Source: Microbotryum violaceum (Eukaryota). Taken from it: 64,000 bases of DNA. Both the position numbers and the translations under genes were made by a program. The stretch lies in the NCBI GenBank assembly GCA_001244265.2, contig CDLV01000011.1, forward strand, positions 1,612,001-1,676,000. Reading direction: 5' to 3'. Positions 1-11,740 of the stretch are shown here, piece after piece; the stretch's first letter is position 1; every line of letters begins with the position of its first letter. The notes beneath the pieces are model-generated. The model saw only the letters and a program-made list of their open reading frames with translations. It was not told the origin of the DNA and did not search any database.

Positions 1-3000
1 GCAGCAAAGCAAGGAGAGGCGAGCCACGCAGGCAGTTTGTGCCGGCCTTGAACAGGAGATCACGGGGTCGCTCGACCGAAAGAGAAGACAGACCCGGCCC
101 TTGAGAGGAGTGGAAAACTCACGGTATAGTCCAGGAGAGGGCCAAGGGGATACGTTTTCGCTGTGTGTCATCGTGATGTGGCAGAAGCTCGAACCAAGGG
201 CGACAATGCCCGCCGGCGCAAAGAACCCGAGGCTCCTGGGGAGTACGGAAGCCTATGAGGAGGAATGGCAAAAAGAGCGAGAGAAAACAGGTTCAGTATT
301 CTGGCGTGTTTGGGAGACATTTTGGAGATTGAGAAGGAGGGAAAAGGGACTTGTGATTTTTTGGGGGTTTGGTTTTTGCTTGGATAGGGAGGGAGGGACA
401 TCTACTTCATCGCGCCAATCTGAGCTCCAACCTCTCCTTCAGTCCCGCCATCTCCTTGTCCATGCTCGACATCGCTCTGGCGTGGCGATGGAGATCCCAG
501 CGTCGGTTGCTGAGAGTGTCGAGCGCCAGCGCAATGAAGGCGCGGATTGGACGCTTTTTCGACGTCGGAAGGCGAGCGCGCAGTCGAGGGAGGCCGTGCT
601 CGATCTGAAGTGCCGTGTAGTCGAGGTCGAGGATCGACACGACCCCAGCGCGTCGCAGATAATGGACCTAGCTGCTTGCCAAAATTGAGAAGAGTCAGGG
701 CAATCATGCCAAAAGTGAGTAAAGTCATCCTCCACCCCTGCCAGGCTGCATGCCTGCACAAGGCAGCAGGCCGAGTCGCCATGCCGCTGCACAAACTGGC
801 GCTTCCGCGTTGGCGTGAAGTGGTACGCCAGCTTGAAGTGCACCTCGCGCTCGCGGGCCGTGGCGGGCCCGGTGTGGAACCACCCCAGAAGAGTCGCCTT
901 TCTTTGGGTGTGGCGAGTGATCCAGGGCGTTGTGTGTCGTCGAAACGTCGATGGTTGATGACGCGTCGAAGTCGCGCAATGGTGTAGGGTCTGTCCAAGC
1001 TCAACATTCTCCACTGATTAGCAAGCAAGGGGGCGGAGGGGAGGGGAAGTCTTTGATCAGGCATGCCGACCGGAGTCGCTCTGGGCAAGATGTGCTCGAG
1101 GGGACCGCCGGGCCGGGCTCCAGGTGCTCCAACGACACGAATGACGGGTGGTCGACGTGCGAGGCCGGGAACAGGAGGCGGAAGCGGCGGGATGAAGCGA
1201 TCGCCTGCGACCTGGATCCACGCCTGGACTTGATCGCGCTTCCATTGCCAAAGGTTGGACAGCTCCGAGCCGTCGCCTTGGGGATGCTTCTCAGGGGTCC
1301 AGGGCACCGTTGGAGCTGCGGGGTATTGAGCTCGAGCATAGATGTCAGCGATGGTGCGTTCGAAACTGAAATGCTTCGCCAAACGCTTATCCTGCTCCGA
1401 GAACGCCCGCGAGTCATGCAGACCCGGTTGGAGGGGGGAAAGAGAAAGAAGATTGGAGACCGAAAGTTTGGCAGGATCGACGACGGCAGGGTAGCGTTCA
1501 GCGACCGAGAGCACCGCTCGCCAGCGGGGATGTAGCTCCCGGGGTGCGTCGGCGTTCCTCCACGTCCACAGATCCGCAGCAAAGTCAAAGGTCGGAAGCG
1601 CTCGCCGGATGGAACTCCGAGCCAGATCGCCCCAAATCGCAGTTGACCCGCCGGCCAGCACATCCCAGATCCGTACCGAGACTGAATCCACCACATCCTG
1701 GATGCTCACGACGCTGAGACCGCCTCGCGCCCGTGCCGTGAAGACGACCGATTGCTTGTAGTCGCTGCGCCGCGGGCCTCCCTTCACAAAGTCAGCAAGC
1801 TTGCGCTCGATCGACTTGATCACGTCGGATGGCGGGATGTCGGCGGAGAGAGAGTGCAGCACCTTGGAGATGCCGTAGCGGTTCAGATAGAAAGCCCGGG
1901 TATGGTGCGTCATCCATCGGTCGCGCACCGATAGAATCACTCGATCAACCCTTCGCTCAAGATCATGGAATCCCAGCCTGTTGTTGCCGTCAGGCGCAAA
2001 CTGGAGACCGATCCAGGGAAGAGACTCGTCCGGTGCCACGAACGACAGTTTGGACAAGTCCGCGCGATCCCACAACGTCGCGCCCAATGGCATCACCACG
2101 GTTTTGTCGGTGTTTAGGCGTCCGTTCGTCGCGAGTCGCTAATCCCGAGCTAACGCCTCGAGCGAAGCAATAGCGTCCGGTCCAGCGACAGCGACGACGG
2201 CGTCATCCGCGAACGCCAAATTGGTGATGCATCGAGTCTGCGGACGAGGAGCCAGCTCCGGAAGGGTGATAGTCAGCGCAATGTTGCGTCGACTGAGAGA
2301 ATCAAGGAAGGGTTGGAATACCACATCCCAGATAGAAGAAGAGAGAGGATCGCCCTGGCCAAGACCGCACAGGAGTCGCACCGTCTCGGTAAGGAAACCG
2401 TTGACAATGTACCGCGCTGTGGACGTCTCGCCGTTGTAGAGCATCCGCAAGACGCGCTGGAAAGATTCCGGCGCGCCGAGAGCCTCAAACACCGCAAAGA
2501 CCCAGTCGTGCTCGACCATGTCGTAAGCCGAGCTCTGATCCAGGGAGAGGAGCGCTGCTGTCGGGAACTCTGCCCCACGACCCCTAATCTCATCGATCAG
2601 GAGCCTCAGATGCAAAGCCGCGTCCGCTGGTCTTCGCCCCTTGACGAACCCATGCTGTCCGGCCGGAAGAACATCGGGGAGGATCCGGTTCAGACGAGCC
2701 ACGTAGACCTTGGTGAAGATCTTGTAGTCGCATTCCCGCAAGGTGATCGGACGATACGATTTGAGGTCGCACCGCGCTGCACCAGGTTTGTTGTGTTTGA
2801 ACAAGAGGCGCACATTGGCCTGGCTCTGTTGTGGAGTAAGGGAGCCTCGAGTAATCAGCTCGTTGTAGGCTCGAGTCAAGAGAGGGGCCCAAAGCAGGGG
2901 GCAGGCTCGATACATCTCATAGGGGACCCCTGAAGGACCCGGAGATCGACCTTCGTGCGTGGTTCGAATCGCTGCGAGCACCTCGGCCTCGCTGATGGGC

Positions 3001-3565
3001 TCGGCCAGAATGTCGACGTGCGAATTCGAGAAGCGCCGAAGGAAGCGAGCGTCGGAAAGCGGGTCGTCACAAGGTCTTGCTGATCTGATGGGTCCCAAGA
3101 GCTCATCCCTCATCGTCACGACCTGTTCCGGATCCTTCGCTTCGACAAGGTAGTGCTGCTGGAAATGAGAATGGGTGTGCTCGAGCGTGCGCTCCATGTC
3201 AGTGGTGAGCTCGCCATCAGCGAGCCGGATACTCTGAAACTTCACATCGCGGGACCGAGCAGCCAATTTGGCATGTACCGGACGACTGAGACGTTCCTCG
3301 GATGCAATCTCGGGAACGTGCGCCCTGATCCGGGACTGCCTTGCTCGCTCGTTCACAAGCTTGGAGAGAGCGTCGTGGGTGTTCGTCCAGTCGATAATAT
3401 CGAAGGGGCTCAGCACCCGACGAGACTCAATGTCCTGCAGTCGAGATACCAGCATCATCTCGAGGGCGTTGCGCTCCCGAAACAGACGCCGAGACAGCTC
3501 GAGAGCTTGGACCCGAGACTCCGAGAGTACGCGCTGAAGGTCCGCGACCACTTTTTGACCACTCC
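1..3565 (-). mobile_element. Non-LTR retrotransposon (L1/Tx1-like LINE), family A, copy 1; 5'-truncated, 3' UTR runs off the window
   Basis: Minus-strand RT motifs [43 protein letters not shown]-terminal CCHC (C..C...H....C). Bases 1-1404 are the near-identical reverse complement of 29496-30900. 5' junction placed approximately where AT-rich flank begins (3560-3570). Confidence 0.93.
407..3565 (-). pseudogene. LINE ORF2 remnant (reverse transcriptase + zinc finger); endonuclease region lost by truncation
   Basis: ORFs 2139-3650 and 402-2099 are in the same frame, separated by TAG at 2139 where family B has Trp (LALDW). One-base G-run deletions near 885 and 645 relative to copy 2. Confidence 0.88.
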
Positions 3566-3624
3566 GGGCTACAAAAATAATAGAAATATATACGCAATAT
3601 GCCCTTCTGCACACAACCAAAGTT

Positions 3625-3713
3625 GGTTCTGTGGTGTAGTTGGTTATCACGTATCCTTAACAGGTGTCTGTCTGATTCGGATAAGGTCCCCGGTTCGATC
3701 CCGTGCAGAATCA
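3625..3713 (+). tRNA. tRNA-Val(AAC) with 15-nt intron (3663-3677)
   Basis: Cloverleaf: acceptor GGTTCTG/CAGAATC-A, anticodon stem TATCC/GGATA with loop TT-AAC-A[intron]C, T-loop TTCGATC; followed by T6. Confidence 0.93.
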
Positions 3714-3719
3714 TTTTTT
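3714..3719 (+). terminator. RNA polymerase III oligo-T terminator
   Basis: TTTTTT immediately after the tRNA discriminator base. Confidence 0.85.
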
Positions 3720-4053
3720 GCTTCTCGTGTCTTTCTTGTCTTCGTGGACTTTTTGCATGATGTTCAGTCCCATTTCTTTTGCATTGCTCTTTTTCCATTC
3801 GTCAGTAGTAAGATCCGTGCTTATAACTCGCTCTCGATCTCTAGATGGTCTCCGGCGCAAGTGAGGAGAGGTAGTATATCGTGAGTAATGCAAAGATGGG
3901 TATATGATTATAAGGGGACACCGCTGTTTCTGAGGAAGCACAACAAAGTAATATATTCTGAACGTAATGAGGAACGCAGACACTGTACAATAATGTACGC
4001 CACTTCTTTGACCGGCCCACCCCCTGCCCCCGCCCCTTGTGGCCGAATTTGTT

Positions 4054-7000
4054 TCAAACCGCTTCTTGATCGGACACGGGCCGGATCCACAACTTGCCCG
4101 GTCTCGACTTTTCTCTCAAGATCCTCCAAGCCGCCGGCTGCGGACTCGCGATCTTCTCCATCGCGACGCGACGGTGTTCGGTCGTTCCTTCGATCTCGAT
4201 CATGATCGTTCCGGCCCAGTCGGGGTGCACGACTTGAGGCTTCGGGGCCGAGATGTCGAGGATCGGGTCGTTTGCTCGGACTTGGATCGATGCACTAAAA
4301 GGTAATAGGAGGTCAGCAGTGTGTTCGAGGTTTCAAGGCCGAGAGGAAGAGGTGAACATACTGGTACATGAATCGCTTGACCATGTATCCACCCTGCGGT
4401 GATGTGACGTGGACTTTGTCCTCGCGCAGCATCAGACTCTCATGCGCCTGGGCGGTGAACTTTTGTAGCCACAAATCTGCGAACGGACAAGCGACGAGAT
4501 TTAGCGCTTGGCCGTAATCTACCAGGCGTCTACCGAGAAACTTACAGAACACGGGACTGGCTGTTGAAGCTGCGACGATGTTGTGGTAGTATTGAGGTGA
4601 GAACGACAGCATACCGAGCCAATTCTGTAATGGCAGTCGCTCAAAGTTCAGTCAGATGCAAGACATGCGGACGAGGGAGAGCGACTCACGGGCAGATGAC
4701 CAACTACGTCGTAACGATACTCAAAGTCGCGCAGGAACTTGCCATCAAAGATGAGCTTGCCGAGGTTGCCGAATGGTGCGATCGCGGTATTGACGACGAC
4801 GTCACCACGACGCATTTCACCCCACACACCCGAGCGCCAAATTTCGCGTTCGCATTCAACGACTTCGCTATCGGCCATCCAACTCGTTGTACCACTGAGG
4901 GGCACCCAAGTTCGCAGTGTCGGCGCTCGACCAGATCGGAAGACGACCGCCAGATTCTGCGCTACGATTTGGCCTTCGAATGCGTACGGCGCCCAGCACC
5001 CTCTGCCACCGTAGCCTTCGAGTTGCCAACGCAGCCGCAGCACAACACGATTCCATGCCCTGGTCGATGCCCTGATGCTCCTGAGCGTTGTGGCATGAAG
5101 GCGATCAAAGTTATAATCTTTGGCGAAACGCGCGTATTGCTCAATCTGGAGCTCGGTCGCGATGAGAAATGCATCGAGATCTCGCAGCGTCAAGACGATC
5201 GGTTCGGTCTTGGCGGATGGAGAAGGCGACGTCGGTGCCTTGTCGCTTCCAAGCGCATACGATCGGTATCCCCATGGCCCCAGGTACCGCTGCAATACGA
5301 TCTCCTTGGCGAGCGGTTCGTCCATACTGCGTCGAAGAGCACGAGACGTCGCTCGCAGCGCACAAAAGTCGGCATACTTTGTAACAGCCAGGATCCCACG
5401 CAGCACCTGCTCCGGGAATGCCGCAATCACCTTTTCCAACGTCGAATCACCCGGAGTGCAGATTTTCAGTCGTGGAGAGAGGGTAGGCGACGGCGAGCCA
5501 GCATCCGAATGCCCCGAGGACGAGGCATTGCGTTCTCTCGCGGCCGCCAACGCCTGGGCCCTCGTATTGTTCTGAGGTACGGATCGCACCGGTCCATCCG
5601 CAACGAACGGATCTTCGAGAACGGCTCTAGTCGATCTCCGCGTTCGTAAAGGAGGTAGAATCGTCGGCGTTGAAGGGGAACTCAGGGCGGGCCGTCGGCT
5701 CGGTGAGCCCTCTTCATAGCCAGGCTGTTTGAGCGGTCCATTAACGTGTTTGAGCGGTCCGTCCTGCTGAGCTCGAGCGCGACCTAGCGGTGAACTGTCC
5801 CTCGACCCAGTCGGACGTCGACCAGCTGCTTCGGGCGAGTTAATCGACAACTCTTGCAAGCGAGTCACATGCGAGTCCGCTCGGGGCCGGGCCATACCGC
5901 TCGTACTGATCGCGGAAAGGGGCTGTCCGTGGTGCGACTGGTCGTGCGACGAGATGGACGAAGTCCCAGCTTTGGTCGAGCTCGCGGTCGTATCTGGACT
6001 TCCGTGATCATTGCCCGATACTGTTGCAAACAGAGAGGGCGAAAGGCCGGGCGACGAAGGGCCTGTCCCACCGAGTAGAGAGTTCGACGAGTTTCGTGAC
6101 GGCGACGGAGACGCGCCATGAAAGTTGCCGGGAGAAGAGTTGTACGCCATCGACGCCGTCTGCGGCGGCGGCGGCGACGCAAGTGATGCAGGCGAAGCAG
6201 GAAGGTTCGCGTCAAAGTAGCTCGAAGGAGAGTCCGGGATGACGAGACCACTTGATACCGCATTGACGCTGAGCCGCTTCGGACTCGGCAGGGGAAGGAC
6301 GACTGGAGGACGAACTTTTGCCGAGTCAGCTCGGCATGCTCGCTTCGGCGCCTAACGTCCAGCGGGCTGGTACTCACAATTTCGTGTATCGATCATCAAG
6401 CTCTCCCGCCTTGGCGGCCGCGCTACAAAACCTGTGACACCTTCGCCATCGAAACGACCTCGTGCTTCAGAGTTCGCAGATAGAGGCGACGCCATGGGCG
6501 AGGCATACACCGAACTCCGCGGCGACGACACGATCGACATGCGAGCTTGAAACCCCCCCACATGCATAAACGCTCTAATCCAGTCAGCTTACCAGCCTCT
6601 CAATAGACAAATAATAGACCCTCCCACACCACAATCCTTCCTGATTGGACGAACAAGACTGACCTCGAGCCGAGTCCCTTTCATTGAACCTCGACTGGAT
6701 CGGCGGGCCCCGTGCGCCGATAGGACTAGTGCTGCTGCCCACCGCGCCAGCTGCAGCTTCCGTCGCCGCCGACAACGACGAGGGCGAAGCGGGAGCGACC
6801 GTCTCCTGCCGAGCTCCTTCCAAGGTCCTCTTCCACTTATGTGCATCCTCTCTACCGAAGTCGTCGACGCCCCAACTGGTTCGGATCGTAACTGTCGTTA
6901 GGGTTGGTCGGGAAGAAGGCGGCGGCCCGCTCGGGGTCCGTGTTGAGCCACTTGACGACGATGACGCTGAGCGTGGATCGTCCCCGGAGCGCGCCAGTCG

Positions 7001-7156
7001 AAGTGAGGTTGCCTTGAAAGGCATCGACGACGAGGAAGGGGGCATCGTCGCGTTCCGACAGCCAGTGTCGGTCGGAGACGACGACGACGAAGACGACAAC
7101 TTGGAGGATTTGGTGCCCCCTTTCCGACGTGTACTACCCATACCAAATAGACCCAT
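4054..7156 (-). CDS. Conserved basidiomycete protein: long Ser/Pro-rich N-terminus, F-box-like segment, conserved C-terminal domain (multi-exon)
   Basis: ATG at 7156 (MGLFGMG...). Exons link through GT-AG introns into ORF 4648-6150 (FPEQVLRGIL.., VECEREIWRSG..RRGDVV..GNLGKLIFDG). Last exon ends WRILREKSRPGKLWIRPVSDQEAV-TGA at 4054. Confidence 0.7.
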
Positions 7157-8069
7157 TGTAGACGTTGGGATTGGTGCCGAGCCACCCGCACGGCCGAGAG
7201 GGAAATCAAGGCCACCACTGCAGGGCAAACAATTCTAAGGTCGTGAGACGTGGGTCGGGAGGAAAGAAGTAGGGGTGCGGCAGCGGCGAAAAGAAACCCG
7301 ACAGCTCGGGCCCACTTTCAATCGAATGCTCCCAAGTCGAAAGACTCTACCTGAGTAGACCTTAAGCAGGAAGCCCAAGTTTGCCCAAGCGAGCGCCCAC
7401 TGCAAACGCGCGCGCGCTGTTTTGTTGATCGTCACGCCAGCCAGTTCCGGCCGCTTCGATCAAATTGCTTCTCCCAAGCGATCGATGCCAACGCAAATTA
7501 AATTGCAAGCGATCGCACTGTCGCCACGAGATCCAGACCCCTGTCTTGATTCGTTGCTCCTCGGAAAACCCATGCTATGAACCTGACTTGGTTAACAATC
7601 CCTCGTGCGGCTCAGTTGCCCAGGTGTCATGACACTTTGAGAGACGTCCGGACACAGGACGAGACCGTGCAAAATTTCGTACATTCGTCGCTTCGTTCAG
7701 CAGTTTTTCTTTTTCTGAACCGGTGAAAGAACAGGGCAGGATAAACAAAAGAAGAAGAAACGGCACAGCGCCCCCAATTAATATACGGAGATGAAAAGTG
7801 AAGTATGAGGTCATTCGAATTCGAACAAATGGAAGAAGGAACAGTGGGGGAAAAAGAGCAGGAAAGGAACCAGAGGCACAAAAAAGGACAACAGGGTCGT
7901 TAATCGTTGGTAGAGGTGTGACGAAGGAAGATCGCACGCCAAAGGAGCAGTCGTTTTGAGCGCGCAAAGGTCAAAGGAAAACAGAGGGGTCTGGATCGCC
8001 GTGAATGATGAAATTCGAAGTGAACAAAATGAGAACAGGACGAAGGATGATGGGCGAAAACAGGCGAGC

Positions 8070-10145
8070 TCAACCAAAGAGATACGGCGCGGCAGCGGTC
8101 TGTGTCAGGAGTGTGGGTTCGAACGTCAGCCAACGGGTCACTCAAACCAAAGGGAATGGCATGCGAAGAGCAAGAACTAACAGCACTGACGGCGAGAGCC
8201 AAGCCAAAGCCAGCGACCCATCGTCGACCCTCGGCCTCTTCCCTCTGCACCAAAGCGAGCTGCGCAGGCGCAGGTCGAATCTCCCTTCCAGCATTGACAG
8301 GCACGCGACGCCCACCGTTCGGTCTCCTCCTGAAGAGCTTGCCAAAGAAGCCTCGGTCGTCTCGCAGAGCATCGGCGAGGGTGCCCGTTTGCGGCAACTC
8401 GTCCTCGTCCTCCTCGTGTGTGCGCTTGGCGACGGATGAGGAAGGGATCGTGGTGTCTTGTGTCAACTTGGCCAGTGTACCCGAAGCCTTGAGGTCTTCG
8501 ACGAGCTGTTTGGCTTGGGCGATTTGCGCGGCGACGGCCTCGTCCGAAGCGACCAGGCCGTTCGACGAAGCCTCGGCCGCGTCCGAGACGGGCACATCGA
8601 CCTTGACTTCGGTCGTTTCCGTCGTCACGCCGGTCTTGGCATCGGTTGAAAGCGTTTGCAGGATTGAGACACCGTTCGCCGACGAGCCGGAGAGCGCCGA
8701 CTTGGGGGTAGGAGAGGCGGCGGTAGCACGGGGTGACTGCACACGTGCGCGTTTGGAGCGAGGGGAGCGAAGAGCGGGCGACTGCGGTATGAACAGGAGC
8801 AATATCTCTGGTCAGGACAACATGTTCTCCGCCCATGTCCTCGCCGAAGTTCGAGGACTCACGTCAGCTTCCGATTGATCGGCGGCTGCGTCGGATGTGG
8901 CGTTTTGCTCAGAACTGACGAAATTGACGAGGTCGGTCGCGAATTTAGTAAGTCCATACTCCTCAGCGAGCGCGAGGGCCTTGTCACACGGAATCCTGTT
9001 CGTGACCACCATCGTCAGCTCTTATTGACCGATTCCCAGAGCGACTCGGATGGACTGACCAGGTGCCACTGAGACGATGGGCCTCGTCGTCCTCGCGACC
9101 AGCGACCTTGGTGTTGCCGAATTGCCTGGGGTGAGCGACGATGTACTTCATCTCTGCGCTCTCGGCTGTGACGGATGCGGTCGGGAACGCGGCGCGGAAG
9201 AAGGACGAGGCAGAGATGGCATTGGTGTCGAAGCGTTTGATCAAATGGCTGTGAAGAGACGACGCGCCGAGAAGAGATGGTTCGTCAACAGACTGCCATC
9301 AGATCGAGATGGAGTGAGGCCACGACTGGGAGTCTGGGCACGGAGGTCCGAGTCGGTGTCAAAGTGCACGTGCAAGGGTTCGCGCGCTTGTGCCGGAGTG
9401 ATAGCCGTGGCGCGCAGGTAGGTTTGTTTACCCCGGTCCCGCCTCTGGCCCCCCCTGTGTTTTTGCGAAGACGGACGACAGCCCAACCAGGATAGCGACA
9501 CAGGCGAGTTCGTGATCCACCCGGTGTAATAAGGAATGACAAGGCTCGATGGGCTTGACAGTTTGACGCGTGTCGGATCGCGATGTAGCACGTGACACGG
9601 GCGATCACACCCCGGTCCGACTGCCCCCCCCCCCCCCCCCTTTCCGCGCCTTCGCCTTGACCAAACAAAACGCCGGTCCGGCTGGAGACTCACCCTGGGA
9701 CGCCCTTGGGCACGGGGCACTTGACCCTGGCGATGACGATGCTGTCGTTGGTCGGAGGTCCGAGATGGAGGGTCTGGGTCTTGACCTTGTGCAGCTTGGC
9801 CTTTGACTCGAGCAGGAGGTCGTTCTTGTCGCTCAAGGGGAGCGGGGGACGCGTCTTTGCGCTGGTCGAAACTGGCGACTTGGCCGAAGCGGGCGACTTG
9901 GCCTGACCGCTGGGCGTACCGGAAGCCGCCTTGGAGCGAGGCTTGGGGGACAGACCACGAACACTCGCGGACGAGGACGAGGAGGGCTTGCGTCCCGAGG
10001 CCGAGGGGGGTGCGAGCGTCGACGCGATCGAGGGCACAGGGGGAGGCGTCGATCCGGGCGACAGGGCTCGAGCGGTGGGCGTGCTCGCTCGACTCGAACG
10101 ACGTGGGGCCGGCGTCGCGGCGGACGAAGACGACTTTTGCGCCAT
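8070..10145 (-). CDS. bqt4: APSES/KilA-N domain protein with C-terminal transmembrane helix, Bqt4-like (nuclear envelope/telomere anchor)
   Basis: Spliced IKRFDTNAISASSFFRAAFP...LSGTW/IPCDKALALAEEYGL is an APSES fold. C-terminal hydrophobic WVAGFGLALAVSA..AAAPYLFG-stop. Confidence 0.72.
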
Positions 10146-10507
10146 CTTGGGTAGGATTGGGTTGGGTCGGGTTGTTGGGTCGATTGTAGTTGAGCTGAAT
10201 CGGGTGCGGCGATGAGAGGGGTGCGTGGAGTAGGGTAGGCACGTGAGTGTATTCGCCTGCAGAGGGTGTGGTGGGGTGGTGATGGAAGGCAGGCAACGCA
10301 GCGCAGCGCAGGAGGGCTGGGTGCACACTTGCGCACGCGCGCGAACTCACGCGAGCCTTATGGAAAGTGTAATTACCTCGTCTGTAATGGGTTTCCATTA
10401 GAGAGGCTTCTGACCGACCACCCGCCGTCCGCGATCGGCCTTTACTCTACGCCACTCCACTGTGCTGCCTCAGCTCACATGCTCACAGGCCTGTGCGACC
10501 ATACCCC

Positions 10508-11338
10508 ATGAAACCCGCTATCCGCCCCATTCTGCTCCTGGCCCTGAGCTCGGTCGTCGCCTATTCTTGGGCGACCAGTATTCCACAGCAACAACACCCC
10601 TTCGCACCCCCAACTGCCGGTGACAGCCACAGCCACAGCCACAGCCAACTTGGACCCGCAATGTCGATTCCCAAGACGAACCCGTTCCTCTCCTCAAGCA
10701 CCAACGCCGTCAGCTCCACGACGATGGCCCTAGCCGATCTCTTGACCCAATCCCGTCGCACCTCCATCTTCTACGACTACTGTCGCGACGTACCTTCCGT
10801 CTCAGCATTGTTGAATGCGCCACCGTCATCTTCCAAGGAGACTTTGCCGACTTTACTCGTCCCTCTCAATAGCGCCATCATCGCCATGGCTCACAAGCCT
10901 CATCAAACCCAACCTACGACCGATTCGAGGTTCCACCAGCTCCGAACCGAGCGCCAACTCGAGGACGAATCGAACGCGTATCTCTCTCGCTGGGTACGGG
11001 CCCATGTCATCCCGGCAGAGGTGGAGATGGGTTCGGAGGGGTGGCAAGACAAGACATACGAGACGTTGGATCACTCGAGCGTACAGTTCGCACTTCGTAA
11101 AGATGAGACCACGAACGAGGAACGTGTCGTCATTATGCCGGGTCAGATTGAGGTCGTCGGAATGAGTCAGGTACGTTTCTTGCTTGGTCAGAGCCCGACC
11201 CGGCAAAAGGAGGCCAACGTACGAGCCGCTATCGTCATTCTGACATCCGAATATGCTCTCAAACACAGGCCAGCAATGGTATGATTTATTACATCGACGG
11301 AACGCTCAACCTTGGTTCCGTATAGGCACCAGACTTGA
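10508..11338 (+). CDS. Secreted FAS1 (fasciclin) domain protein
   Basis: Signal peptide MKPAIRPILLLALSSVVAYS. TLLVPLNSAI, AHVIP and, after one intron, ASNGMIYYIDGTL are the FAS1 H1/H2 motifs. Confidence 0.8.
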
Positions 11339-11740
11339 CCCCCCGCCCCTTTGTACTTGTGTGGTCCTATCATGTTGATACTTTCGTCCCTATCAGTGCT
11401 GTAATCGTTCCCTCGCGTGTGTTGTCATGTCTTACCCTCGAAGGCTGGAGATTGTTATCTCGAGTCCGCTGAACGAGTCAGAAAGGATTGAAAATGACGG
11501 GTTGTTACAATTAAAGCATTGCGACGGCTACACCCAGGGCGGGAAAGCCAGGAGGATTAGGACGCGGGGTTTCCGAGCTACTGATGAATATACTACAAGG
11601 TATAGAGGTATAGAAGACCAAGATTGTCTAGAGAAGATAAAAAGGACGTGGAAAGATAGATCAACACCGGAATCCATCGACCAGCGAGATGACCACGAAC
11701 GAGTCTTTTCCCCCCTTCAACTTAGGCCCAAGCGAAAACC

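Noticed and set aside
640-890. Single-base G-run frameshifts in LINE copy 1 (also in the Helitron Walker A and LINE B) as programmed frameshifts
   Set aside because: Copy 2 is in frame at the same sites; homopolymer indels are more likely decay or long-read errors.
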